Shown: positions 8,018 to 16,403, numbered from the stretch's first letter. The stretch: 29,838 bases of DNA from Candidatus Methylomirabilis sp. (GCA_041498975.1 JBGQJI010000013.1:1-29838); one strand, 5' to 3'. Notes: generated by a model from the letters alone, not told the origin. Numbers and translations are program-made.

Positions 8018-9569
8018 TTCCCCCCCGCCTGGGGGCGGGTTCTTCGAAGGAGAACCCAGGATATTCCACCCGCTGGTGGTACACGCCGCACAGGACCCGA
8101 ACAAAGCTCTCTTCGATAAGGCGAAGCTCTTTGAAGGTCAGCTCGCATTCGTTCAACTGGCCATCAGTGAAGATCACGTTGACGATGTTGCCGACCAGCC
8201 CCTGGAAGCGCCCTGGTGTCCGCTCGGTCAGGGTTCGCGACGATGCCTCGACGGCGTCGGCCAGCATCAGGATGGCCGCTTCTTTCGTCTGCGGCTTGGG
8301 GCCGGGATACCGGAAGTTCTCTTCTTCAACCTGACCCAGATCCCGATCCTGGGCCTTCTTCGCCTTGTGGTAGAAGAACGTGACCAGCCGCGTGCCGTGG
8401 TGCTGCGGGATCATCTCGACCACGGCTGGCGGCAGGCCGTGGGCCCTGGCCAGTTCGATGCCAGCCTTCACGTGGGAGACGATGACCAGGCTGCTGAGGC
8501 TCGGCCGCAGCTTGCCGTGCCGGTCCTTGGCATTGGCCTGGTTCTCCACGAAGTATAACGGCTTGGTCATCTTCCCGATGTCGTGATAGTAGGCGCCGAC
8601 GCGGCAGAGCAGCGGATTGGCCCCGATCGCCTCAGCGGCCGCCTCGGCCAAGGTGCCGACCACCACGCTGTGATGGTAGGTTCCGGGGGCCTTGAGGATC
8701 ATCTCCTTGAGGAGAGGGTGGTTCATGTTGCACAGCTCAACCAGTCGGAAATCGGTGGCCACCTCGAATAGATACTCGAAGATAGGGAGCAGACCCAGTG
8801 ACAGAATCGCGACGAACAGCCCGTTGACGACGCCGCAGAGCAGTTGGAGACCGAGCGACTCCGTGGCTCCGGAGAGCAGGGACCAGACCAGGATGAAATA
8901 GACATTGGCCAGCCCGACCATCGCCCCCGCCCTGAGCAGGGTGGCCCTATCTTTCCGGCCGACGAGGGCGAAGATCCCTGTAAGACTGCCCACGAAGCTA
9001 AGCAGGAAGAAGCGGAGCCCGGCATACGTGAGGAGCGAGGTCAGAATGCTGATGGCGAGGGCGCCCGCAAAGGCAAGGCGGCTGTTGAAAAGGACCGCCA
9101 ATAGCAGACCTCCCAGGGCGACAGGGATCGAGTATTCCAGGGCGCTCAACGGGACATTGGGAAGCGCCTGATTGACGGAGGGAATGAAGAACAGGAAGTA
9201 GCGGGTGATGGCCACCGTCAACAGGATCACCGAGGCCAGCAGGAACAGGTTCCTCGGTCGCCGCATCGCAATGGGTTGCAACGCCCAGATATACAGACAC
9301 AGGCTGCCGAGCAGGAAGCTGACCAGCAGGCAGATCCCCAGTATCGGCAGGATCCCCGCCGGGAGCGCCTGGGACGAGGCCAAGAGGAGAATGATGGCGA
9401 CGACAGCCAGGCCGGAGAGCGAGTGGAAGGCAACCGGATGCCGTTCAAGCCAACCTGTGGCTCGATGAAACCAGGAAGAGAGCGAGCGGGCAAGCCTCAT
9501 GAGCGGGGTCTTCGCTGACGATTCTGCGGTCCTAATGAGACGGCTGCCGGCGGTCCTAATGGGCGCCAT
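7920..9569 (-). CDS. 7TM-HD (HDIG) membrane phosphohydrolase, PgpH/YqfF-like cyclic-di-AMP phosphodiesterase homologue lacking the large extracellular domain
   Basis: Multiple TM segments followed by APGTYHHS, GAYYHDIGK, YFVENQ, QHHGT, FRYPGPKPQTKEAAILMLADAVEA; sits between phoH and ybeY. Confidence 0.9.
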   Translation of the reverse strand: MAPIRTAGSRLIRTAESSAKTPLMRLARSLSSWFHRATGWLERHPVAFHSLSGLAVVAIILLLASSQALPAGILPILGICLLVSFLLGSLCLYIWALQPIAMRRPRNLFLLASVILLTVAITRYFLFFIPSVNQALPNVPLSALEYSIPVALGGLLLAVLFNSRLAFAGALAISILTSLLTYAGLRFFLLSFVGSLTGIFALVGRKDRATLLRAGAMVGLANVYFILVWSLLSGATESLGLQLLCGVVNGLFVAILSLGLLPIFEYLFEVATDFRLVELCNMNHPLLKEMILKAPGTYHHSVVVGTLAEAAAEAIGANPLLCRVGAYYHDIGKMTKPLYFVENQANAKDRHGKLRPSLSSLVIVSHVKAGIELARAHGLPPAVVEMIPQHHGTRLVTFFYHKAKKAQDRDLGQVEEENFRYPGPKPQTKEAAILMLADAVEASSRTLTERTPGRFQGLVGNIVNVIFTDGQLNECELTFKELRLIEESFVRVLCGVYHQRVEYPGFSFEEPAPRRGGNGAPGQKPAKEDQARQQVSKKGRGEHARQDGC

Positions 9570-9580
9570 TTGGTGCCCTC

Positions 9581-10573
9581 CTACCGCCCCTCGGCGCCGT
9601 GAGGGGAGCTCTGATACAACTCGTAAGCCCGGACGATCTGCTGCACCAACTCGTGTCGCACAACGTCCTCCTCGCTGAGATAAGCGAATCTGATTCCCTC
9701 AACACCTTTCAGGATGCGCTGCACCTCGATGAGCCCGGACTGCCTGCCGGTTGGCAGATCGACCTGCGTGATGTCTCCCGTAATCACGGTCTTGGAGCCG
9801 AACCCCAGACGGGTCAGAAACATCTTCATCTGTTCAGAGGTGGTGTTCTGGGCCTCGTCCAGCACAATGAAAGAATCGTTCAAGGTCCGGCCTCGCATGA
9901 AGGCGAGGGGGGCGACCTCGATGGTGCACATCTCGATCAGGCGGGTGACGCGCTCCGCTTCAATCATATCATACAGGGCATCATACAGGGGTCGCAGGTA
10001 GGGGTTGATTTTGTCATAGAGGGTCCCGGGCAGGAAGCCCAGCTTTTCGCCGGCTTCGACCGCGGGCCTGGTCAGGATTATCCGGTTCACCTCTCGCTTC
10101 AGAAGGGCTGAGACCGCCATCGCCATCGCTAGGTAGGTCTTGCCGGTGCCGGCGGGTCCTATCGCGAAGACAATGTCGTGATGTCGGATGGCCTCGATGT
10201 ACCGTCGCTGCCCTGGCCCTTTTGGCCGGACCGGCCGCTTCTTCGGCGAAACCTCGATCAACTCACCCTGGATCCGCTTGAACTCCTCTTCGTCCTTCTT
10301 GATGAAAAGGCGCAGCGCCAGCTTTACGTCGTGCGGGGTGACGCTTTCGCCGCGTGTGAGGACCGAGAGGAGCTCCGACACCACCTGCTCTCCTATGGCC
10401 ACATCGTCCGCCTGACCCTGGATGCTGACGAGACCGTCTCTGGCGAACAGCTTGACCTGCAGGGCCTCTTCGATGAGTTTCCTCACCTCATCCTTTCGGC
10501 CGAACAGTTCCTGGATTTCCCCGCCTATGGGCAGGGATACCTTCTTGTCTGCTCGAAGCTGCTCCTTGGTCAT
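9581..10573 (-). CDS. phoH: PhoH family ATPase (PhoH/YbeZ)
   Basis: GPAGTGKTYLA, ILTRPAVEAGEKLGFLPG, PLAFMRGRTL, DEAQN, GDITQVDLP, DVVRH. Start could be ATG 10573 or ATG 10633. Confidence 0.95.
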   Translation of the reverse strand: MTKEQLRADKKVSLPIGGEIQELFGRKDEVRKLIEEALQVKLFARDGLVSIQGQADDVAIGEQVVSELLSVLTRGESVTPHDVKLALRLFIKKDEEEFKRIQGELIEVSPKKRPVRPKGPGQRRYIEAIRHHDIVFAIGPAGTGKTYLAMAMAVSALLKREVNRIILTRPAVEAGEKLGFLPGTLYDKINPYLRPLYDALYDMIEAERVTRLIEMCTIEVAPLAFMRGRTLNDSFIVLDEAQNTTSEQMKMFLTRLGFGSKTVITGDITQVDLPTGRQSGLIEVQRILKGVEGIRFAYLSEEDVVRHELVQQIVRAYELYQSSPHGAEGR

Positions 10574-10740
10574 CTTTTCTTGATTACGCCGGTCGCCCTC
10601 CCTAAATCGCTGCGAATCGCCGCCACTAACCATCTATCTGTATGGTCACAATGGTCATACTAGTGGTTCCTTGCGAAGAAGGTCGTTCTATGCATCCGCT
10701 CTCGTTGCCCGATTTGTCACACCGCACCAGGCAGAGTGCA

Positions 10741-11018
10741 TCATTGCGTGGAGCGAGACCCCTCGCCTGTCCTGAGCCGAGTCGAAGCCTGTCCTGAGCC
10801 CAGTCGAAGGGCCTGCGCTGAGCCCTGTCGAAGTGGGCCTGTCATTGCGAGGCCGACAATGTCGGCCGAAGCAATCGCTCGCCTGAGCTTGTCGAAGGGT
10901 CGCGGCTCATGGCAGGCTGAGCAATCTGACCCGAAAGGCCTGTCCTGAGCCGAGTCGAAGGGTCATTCCGAGCAACGCGAGGAATCTCGCAGATTGCTTC
11001 GCTTCGCTCGCAATGACA
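10741..11018. repeat. Cluster of REP-like repeats: five ~23-bp gcctgtcctgagc-NNN-gtcgaag units interleaved with GTCATT(G/C)CGAG...G(C/G)AATC palindromic units
   Basis: Units at 10765-10787, 10787-10810, 10811-10834, 10877-10898 and 10938-10961; the first and last are identical. Second family at 10841-10876, 10962-10988 and inverted at 10991-11018. Confidence 0.85.
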
Positions 11019-11067
11019 TGCCGGAACGACCGGCTTGTGACGCTGATCATTGCAAGCAAGTCCTAGC

Positions 11068-11096
11068 AGCATATCCCCGTCCCGACCGGCTGTCAA
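11068..11096 (-). promoter_or_regulatory. Sigma70-type promoter for the phoH operon
   Basis: Minus strand TTGACA-17 nt-TATGCT, upstream of the repeat cluster. Confidence 0.7.
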
Positions 11097-11117
11097 TAGC
11101 GGACGACCGCGCCCGCA

Positions 11118-11258
11118 GTTCATCGTACAGAGTTCGACGTTCAAGGTTGAGGATCGAATTCTAGGGTTTCTAGGCTAGCGTATTTTCCATCAACCTTGAA
11201 CTTTGAACAGTGAACGGTTTTCGATTAACTGTGAACGATTTTCGCTCTACTGTGAACC
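11118..11258. repeat. Heptamer tandem array with inverted copy (core GTTCA/TGAAC) plus a 21-bp higher-order repeat
   Basis: gttcatc gtacaga gttcgac gttcaag gttga, then tcaacct tgaactt tgaacag tgaacgg. Perfect 12-bp IR at 11139-11150/11190-11201; 21-mers at 11210-11230 and 11231-11251. Confidence 0.8.
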
Positions 11259-11269
11259 CTTCTTTCCCT

Positions 11270-13039
11270 TCAGTTGAGATCCAGTTTGATCTTTAACTCC
11301 TTGAGCTGCCTCGACTCTACGGGCGACGGGGCCTTGGTCATCAGGTCCTGCGCCTTCTGGGTCTTGGGGAAGGCGATGACGTCACGGATCGAGGTCGCCC
11401 CTGCCAGCAGGGCGATGATCCGATCGAGGCCGAACGCGATGCCGCCATGGGGTGGCGTCCCGTACTCGAGCGCCTCCAGCAGAAAGCCGAACTTAGCCCT
11501 GGCCTCGTCTGGGGCGATCCCCAGCGCGTCGAACATCCGGCTTTGAATGTCCCGGCGGTGGATCCGGATGCTGCCGCCCCCCAACTCTTGCCCGTTCACC
11601 ACCAGATCATAGGCCTTCGCGCGGACCTTTCCCGGATCGCTGCCAAGAAGAGCCAGATCCTCGTCCAGCGGCGCCGTAAAGGGATGATGCACCGCCTGCC
11701 AGCGCTTCTCCTCTGAATCGTACTCGAGCAGCGGGAAGTCAACGATCCAGGTCACCGCGATCGTTCCTTGATCGATCAATCCAAGTTGGTGGCCCAATTT
11801 CACCCGAAGACGCCCCATGGCCTCGGCCGCGGCCTTTGGCTGATCGGCGATCAGCAACAAGAGGTCCCTCTCCTCCCCTTTGAGCCGCTCCTGAAGCCGT
11901 TCGCTGGCCATCGGGCCGAGAAATTTGACCAGGGGTGACTGCAGCCCATCTGCTCCCACCTTGAACCAGGCGAGGCCCTTGGCCCCAAAGCCCTTAACAA
12001 ACTCCACCAAGGCGTCGAGCTCGGCCCTGGAGAACGAGCTTGCGCCCTTCACGTTCATTCCCTTCACGACGCCGCCTCGCTCGATCGGCTCGGCAAACGC
12101 CTTGGCCTCGACTCCGCGCAACACATCGGTCAGGTCGTAAAGCTCCATCCCGAACCGGATGTCCGGAGCATCGAGGCCAAACCGCTCGATCGCCTCGCGG
12201 TAGGTCAGTCGCGGAAAGGGACTCTGGAGGGTTGTCTTGCCCGCCGCTTCAAACAACGCCACCACCAAGCCTTCCATCATCGAGAGCACATCTTCCCGAT
12301 CCACAAACGACATCTCGACGTCGATCTGGGTGAACTCCGGCTGCCGGTCGGCCCGCAGGTCCTCGTCGCGAAAGCACCTGACGATCTGGTAGTACCGATC
12401 AAACCCCGCCACCATGAGGAGTTGTTTGAAGAGTTGGGGCGACTGCGGGAGGGCGTAGAACTCCCCGGGGTTCAGCCGGCTCGGGACCAGATAGTCCCTG
12501 GCCCCTTCGGGCGTGCTCCGGGTGAGGACAGGGGTCTCCACCTCGACAAACCCGTGCTGGTCCAGGTACCCTCTTACCGCCTGGTAGGCCCGGTGCCTCA
12601 GGCGGAGGTTTCGCAGCATCGAGGGGCGACGGAGGTCCAGGTATCGATAGGTCAACCGGATCTCCTCAGCGACATTGGTCTGCTCTTCGATCGGGAAGAC
12701 CGGAGGCTTCGCCTCGCTGAGGATTCGAGCCTCTTCGACGGCGACCTCGATCGCCCCGGTTGGCAGCGCGGCGTTTTCGGTCCCGGGCGGGCGCAGGCGC
12801 ACGCGGCCGGCCAACGCCACCACGAATTCGGAGCGTATCCTCCGCGCCACCTCGTGAGCCTCCGGGTGCGATTCGGGGTTGAAGACGGTCTGGACGACCC
12901 CCTCGCGATCCCTGAGATCAACGAAGATGAGGCCGCCGTGGTCGCGCCGCCGATGCACCCAACCCATCAGCACGACCTGCTGGTCCACATGGTCTTTGCC
13001 CAACTCACCACAGTAGCTGGTCCGCGCCAGGCGTTCCAT
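11270..13039 (-). CDS. aspS: Aspartate--tRNA(Asp/Asn) ligase, probably non-discriminating
   Basis: 589 aa; RRRDHGGLIFVDLRD, RYLDLRRP, TPEGARDYLVPSR, FYALPQSPQLFKQ, CFRDEDLRADRQPEFTQID, PPHGGIAFGLDR. Confidence 0.98.
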   Translation of the reverse strand: MERLARTSYCGELGKDHVDQQVVLMGWVHRRRDHGGLIFVDLRDREGVVQTVFNPESHPEAHEVARRIRSEFVVALAGRVRLRPPGTENAALPTGAIEVAVEEARILSEAKPPVFPIEEQTNVAEEIRLTYRYLDLRRPSMLRNLRLRHRAYQAVRGYLDQHGFVEVETPVLTRSTPEGARDYLVPSRLNPGEFYALPQSPQLFKQLLMVAGFDRYYQIVRCFRDEDLRADRQPEFTQIDVEMSFVDREDVLSMMEGLVVALFEAAGKTTLQSPFPRLTYREAIERFGLDAPDIRFGMELYDLTDVLRGVEAKAFAEPIERGGVVKGMNVKGASSFSRAELDALVEFVKGFGAKGLAWFKVGADGLQSPLVKFLGPMASERLQERLKGEERDLLLLIADQPKAAAEAMGRLRVKLGHQLGLIDQGTIAVTWIVDFPLLEYDSEEKRWQAVHHPFTAPLDEDLALLGSDPGKVRAKAYDLVVNGQELGGGSIRIHRRDIQSRMFDALGIAPDEARAKFGFLLEALEYGTPPHGGIAFGLDRIIALLAGATSIRDVIAFPKTQKAQDLMTKAPSPVESRQLKELKIKLDLN

Positions 13040-13040
13040 C

Positions 13041-14315
13041 CTACCTCTTCCCCGATTGTTCGAGCTTCAGGAGTTGCGCGACAACCTGATCCAGAGCCAC
13101 CGACAGCTCCTCGGCTTTCGCCATATCCCGCAACGTCGCCTGGCGCTTCGCGAGCTCATCCTCGCCCAGGATCAGGCAGTACCGGACCCGCTCCTTGTTG
13201 GCCTGGCGCATCTGACTCTTCAGGCTGCGCCCTTCCAGATCGATCAGCCCCCGGACCCCGCGATGCCGCAACTCCTGCAGGAGGAGCATACCGGTCCTGT
13301 GTGCCTCCTGCCCAACCGTTGCGATATACACTCCTTCAAGCACACCTTCACCATCCGCTTCCGCCGGGATGGAGGCCAGCACCCGCTCCAGCCCGATCGC
13401 GAAGCCGATCCCAGGAGTGGAGGGCCCACCCATCACCTCGATCAGGCCGTCGTACCGTCCGCCGCCGGCCAGCGCATTCTGGGCCCCGAGGCGCGGATTC
13501 ACCACCTCGAAGGCCGTCCTCGTATAGTAATCGAGGCCACGGACCAGCCGATCATCGATAGAAAAGGTGATTTTCAGGAGATCGAGCAGACCGCGAACCT
13601 TGGCAAAGTGTTCGGCGCACGCCTGACACAGGCTCTCGAGCGGCTTCGGCGCCTCCGCGACCAGCCGCTGGCACCCTTCCTGCTTACAGTCTAAGACCCG
13701 GAGCGGATTGCGCTGAAGTTTCCTCTGGCAGTCCGGACAGAGCTGAGCCGCTCGATCCTGCATATAGCTGAGGAGGCGATCGCGGATCTGTGGCCGGCAA
13801 GCGGCATCCCCAATCGAGTTGAGGCGCAGTTGCAGATCGGGGATCCGGAACTCTTCCACCATGAGCGTCGACAGGAGGGCAATCACCTCTGCATCGACCG
13901 CGGGCTGGTCGGACCCGATCGCCTCCACGCCGATCTGGTGGAATTGACGGTACCGCCCCGATTGCGGCCGCTCCCGGCGAAACATCGGGCCGAGGTAGAA
14001 CACCTTCACCAACGGCGTCTGAGCGGCCATCTGGTGTTCGAGGTAGGCACGGACGACTGGCGCGGTCCCTTCGGGCCGAAGGGTGAGACTCTCCTGACCC
14101 TGGTCGGTGAAGGTGTACATCTCCTTTTCCACGATGTCGGTTCCCGCGCCGATGCCGCGGACGAACAGCTCCGTCCGCTCGAAAACCGGGGTTCGGATTT
14201 CGGCGTATCCATATCGCCGCAGGGCCGCCCGTGCCGATTCCTCGACGCGCTGCCACCTGGAAGACTCCCTGGGCAAGATGTCTGGCGCGCCCCGCACACC
14301 CTTGAGTTTGACCAT
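13041..14315 (-). CDS. hisS: Histidine--tRNA ligase
   Basis: TDIVEKEMYTF, LRPEGTA, FRRERPQSGRYRQFHQ, LVRGLDYY, GGGRYDGL, GFAIGLER. Confidence 0.98.
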   Translation of the reverse strand: MVKLKGVRGAPDILPRESSRWQRVEESARAALRRYGYAEIRTPVFERTELFVRGIGAGTDIVEKEMYTFTDQGQESLTLRPEGTAPVVRAYLEHQMAAQTPLVKVFYLGPMFRRERPQSGRYRQFHQIGVEAIGSDQPAVDAEVIALLSTLMVEEFRIPDLQLRLNSIGDAACRPQIRDRLLSYMQDRAAQLCPDCQRKLQRNPLRVLDCKQEGCQRLVAEAPKPLESLCQACAEHFAKVRGLLDLLKITFSIDDRLVRGLDYYTRTAFEVVNPRLGAQNALAGGGRYDGLIEVMGGPSTPGIGFAIGLERVLASIPAEADGEGVLEGVYIATVGQEAHRTGMLLLQELRHRGVRGLIDLEGRSLKSQMRQANKERVRYCLILGEDELAKRQATLRDMAKAEELSVALDQVVAQLLKLEQSGKR

Positions 14316-14392
14316 ATCAGCTATCCGCGTTCAGCGATCAGCGACCAGCGCTCAGCAAGAAGCTGACCGATGTTAGTTGACGGCTGAACGCT
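14316..14392. repeat. Heptamer tandem array with inverted copy (core TCAGC/GCTGA)
   Basis: atcagct atccgcg ttcagcg atcagcg accagcg ctcagca, loop agaa, then gctgacc gatgtta gttgacg gctgaac gct. Abuts the hisS start codon. Confidence 0.8.
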
Positions 14393-14400
14393 ACCTTACA

Positions 14401-14429
14401 ATTGTCGGGAACACAGCCCAGATAGGCAA
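14401..14429 (-). promoter_or_regulatory. Possible sigma70 promoter for hisS-aspS
   Basis: Minus strand TTGCCT-17 nt-GACAAT; imperfect match. Confidence 0.35.
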
Positions 14430-14436
14430 CAAACAA

Positions 14437-14604
14437 GGCGGGCCTGGTGCTCGTCCAACTATTTCCCCCCAAGTTGGTGGGCACCGTGCCGGGCCAAGAA
14501 ACGAGCATAGCAAGGCGCGGACCCCAGGGCCGCACCCACTGCGCGGGTACCCGGCGTACATTGTCAGGTACGTCGCAGGGAGTGCCCTGGGGACCAGCAA
14601 CGCC
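14437..14604 (-). ncRNA. ssrS: 6S RNA (SsrS) candidate
   Basis: ~168-nt intergenic element with a closing stem (GGCG..CUGGU / ACCAG..CGCC) and internal GUGGGUGC pairing with GUGCCCAC. It carries the 6S-typical GGUGCCCACC motif and a U-rich tail, and lies next to hisS-aspS as in Bacillus. Strand chosen from G-U pairing and the CCCACC motif; not certain. Confidence 0.6.
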
Positions 14605-14630
14605 GCTAGGCGAAGTTAATTGGACTGGCA

Positions 14631-15593
14631 CTAATAGACCGACTTCCGATCAAAACGGTGGGTTGATTCGATGAAGCGGACAGTCGCAGAGCTGGAGTGC
14701 ATCACGAGTGAGTGTGTCCTGGCCCCGCCGCCAAAAAAGCGGACCCCTTTCAGGAGGTCACCGTCGGTCACCCCGGTCGCGGCGAACATGATGTCTCGCT
14801 CTTCCCCGCCGGCCAGATCGGAGATCCTGAAGACCTTGTCCAGGTCGCGGATCCCCATCCTCAGCGCTCGCTCCGCCTCCTCTTCCGTCCGCGGCTTCAG
14901 GCGACCCTGCATGTCGCCTCCGAGACACTGGAGCGCGGTCGCGGCGAGCACTCCTTCTCGCGCCCCGCCGACACCCATGAGGACATCAACACCCGTCTCC
15001 TCGAACGCCACAGCGACGGCGGCCGAGAGGTCCCCGTCCTGGATGAGTTTGATGCGTGCACCGATCTCGCGAACCTGCCTGATCAGATCGGCATGACGGG
15101 GTCGGTCGAGGATCACCACCGTCAGGTCTTCGACATAACATTTCATCGCCTCGGCGATGGCGAGGAGATTTTTCTCCGGAGGCGCCGTGATGTCGATCAC
15201 CCCGGCCGCTTTGGGCCCCACGGCGATCTTTTCCATATAGACATCCGGCACCTGAAGCAGTGATCCCTTGTCGGCGACGGCGATGACGGAGATAGCGTTC
15301 GGCCGACCTTGGGCCACGATCACGCCGCTCTCAACGGCATCAAGCGCAACGTCCACTTCAGGGGGGCCACGGTGGCCAAGGACCTCTCCGATGTAGAGGG
15401 TTGGCGCCTTCTCCCGCTCACCCTCGCCGATGACCACGGAGCCCGTGAAGCTCACACCATCGAAGGCACGGCGCATTGCGTCAATCGCGGCTTGCTCGCC
15501 CGCGCTCGCATTGCCTATCCCCATCCACCGGGCTGAGGAGAGCGCAGCGCCTTCGGTCACCCGAACCAGTTCAAGGGCCAAGTTTCGGTCCAC
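14631..15593 (-). CDS. glpX: Class II fructose-1,6-bisphosphatase (GlpX) homologue with degenerate active site
   Basis: GTG start; MDRNLALELVRVTE, VVIGEGE, YMEKIAVGP, LDRPRH, DGDL, FAATGVTDGDLLKGV. The DPLEGT motif reads DAVESG. Confidence 0.9.
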   Translation of the reverse strand: MDRNLALELVRVTEGAALSSARWMGIGNASAGEQAAIDAMRRAFDGVSFTGSVVIGEGEREKAPTLYIGEVLGHRGPPEVDVALDAVESGVIVAQGRPNAISVIAVADKGSLLQVPDVYMEKIAVGPKAAGVIDITAPPEKNLLAIAEAMKCYVEDLTVVILDRPRHADLIRQVREIGARIKLIQDGDLSAAVAVAFEETGVDVLMGVGGAREGVLAATALQCLGGDMQGRLKPRTEEEAERALRMGIRDLDKVFRISDLAGGEERDIMFAATGVTDGDLLKGVRFFGGGARTHSLVMHSSSATVRFIESTHRFDRKSVY

Positions 15594-15685
15594 AGGATCC
15601 CTATTCTATCCCTTTTCTCTCAAGCGCCGCAGCCGCGAACCGTTCGATCCCGTCCGTTTGCTCCCATACTCCGAAAGCCTACAGG

Positions 15686-15714
15686 AGTATAGGAAATGGG
15701 GCAAAGCGAGTCAA
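15686..15714 (-). promoter_or_regulatory. Sigma70-type promoter for glpX
   Basis: Minus strand TTGACT-17 nt-TATACT. The -10 box is overlapped by the inverted repeat atactcc-N11-ggagtat (15666-15690). Confidence 0.75.
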
Positions 15715-15911
15715 GGGAAACCTCATCTCTTAACTCGACATCAGGCCAACTCTGGAGCAGGATTTCCAACTTAGGAATCGGTCCAGAAAGACCTCTGCGC
15801 GACCCTCACCACGATATTTGGGCGATCTCTAGCGAGTCCACATTACGGGGGTGTACTCTACATGGGGATGATGACCACAAGGCAACATCATGGGCCGGCT
15901 GGACGAGTGGA

Positions 15912-16403
15912 TCACTTCCGCGACCGGAGGCGTGCGGAAGACGGGCGAGGGCCGCTCCCGCGGGGGGAAGCCGGTGCCGGATCCCGGCTCCCCGCGCACA
16001 AAGGGCACAGGCCGCGAAACATGATCTCGACGCCGGTGACACGAAAGCCGTACCGTTCTCTTGAAGGCAGGCTCAGGTTTCCCTGACCCTTGGGGTGGAC
16101 GTCCCGGATGAGCCCACAACGCTGGCAGATGAGGTGGTGGTGCGGATCGGAGGCGTTCGGGTCATAGCGCTTCGCGCGCTCGTCTGAACTGACCTCCAGC
16201 AGCTCGCCGAGCTCCGTCAGCGTCTTCAGGGTGTTATAGACGGTGGCGCGGCTGATCTCCGGCAGGCGGGCCACGGCCCGCTGGAAGATCTCCTCGGCGG
16301 ACAGGTGGATGTGCTCGCCGGCCAGGATCTCGGCGATGACCCGCCGCTGGGCAGTCATCGGCCAGCCGCGCTTGCGTAGACGCTCCAGCAACCCGTTCAC
16401 CAT
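15912..16403 (-). CDS. Fur family peroxide-responsive repressor (PerR/CatR-like)
   Basis: Start moved to ATG 16403 (GGTGGAG SD). MTAQRR, HLSAEE, ISRATVYNTL, RYD, HHHLICQRCG, GLCPLC; divergent from catalase. Confidence 0.92.
   Translation of the reverse strand: MVNGLLERLRKRGWPMTAQRRVIAEILAGEHIHLSAEEIFQRAVARLPEISRATVYNTLKTLTELGELLEVSSDERAKRYDPNASDPHHHLICQRCGLIRDVHPKGQGNLSLPSRERYGFRVTGVEIMFRGLCPLCAGSRDPAPASPRGSGPRPSSARLRSRK

Noticed and set aside
10765..10961. CRISPR array from the five ~23-bp direct repeats
   Set aside because: Three units are directly adjacent with no spacers, the other gaps are irregular and are themselves repeats, the units are degenerate, and no cas genes are present.
11036..11051. 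CRP-like site TGTGA-N6-TCATT near the phoH promoter
   Set aside because: The second half-site is imperfect and is better explained as a degenerate TCATTGC repeat unit.
14377..14402. Plus-strand promoter TTGACG...TACAAT driving the 6S-like RNA on the plus strand
   Set aside because: The spacer is only 14 nt and the TTGACG is part of the heptamer array.
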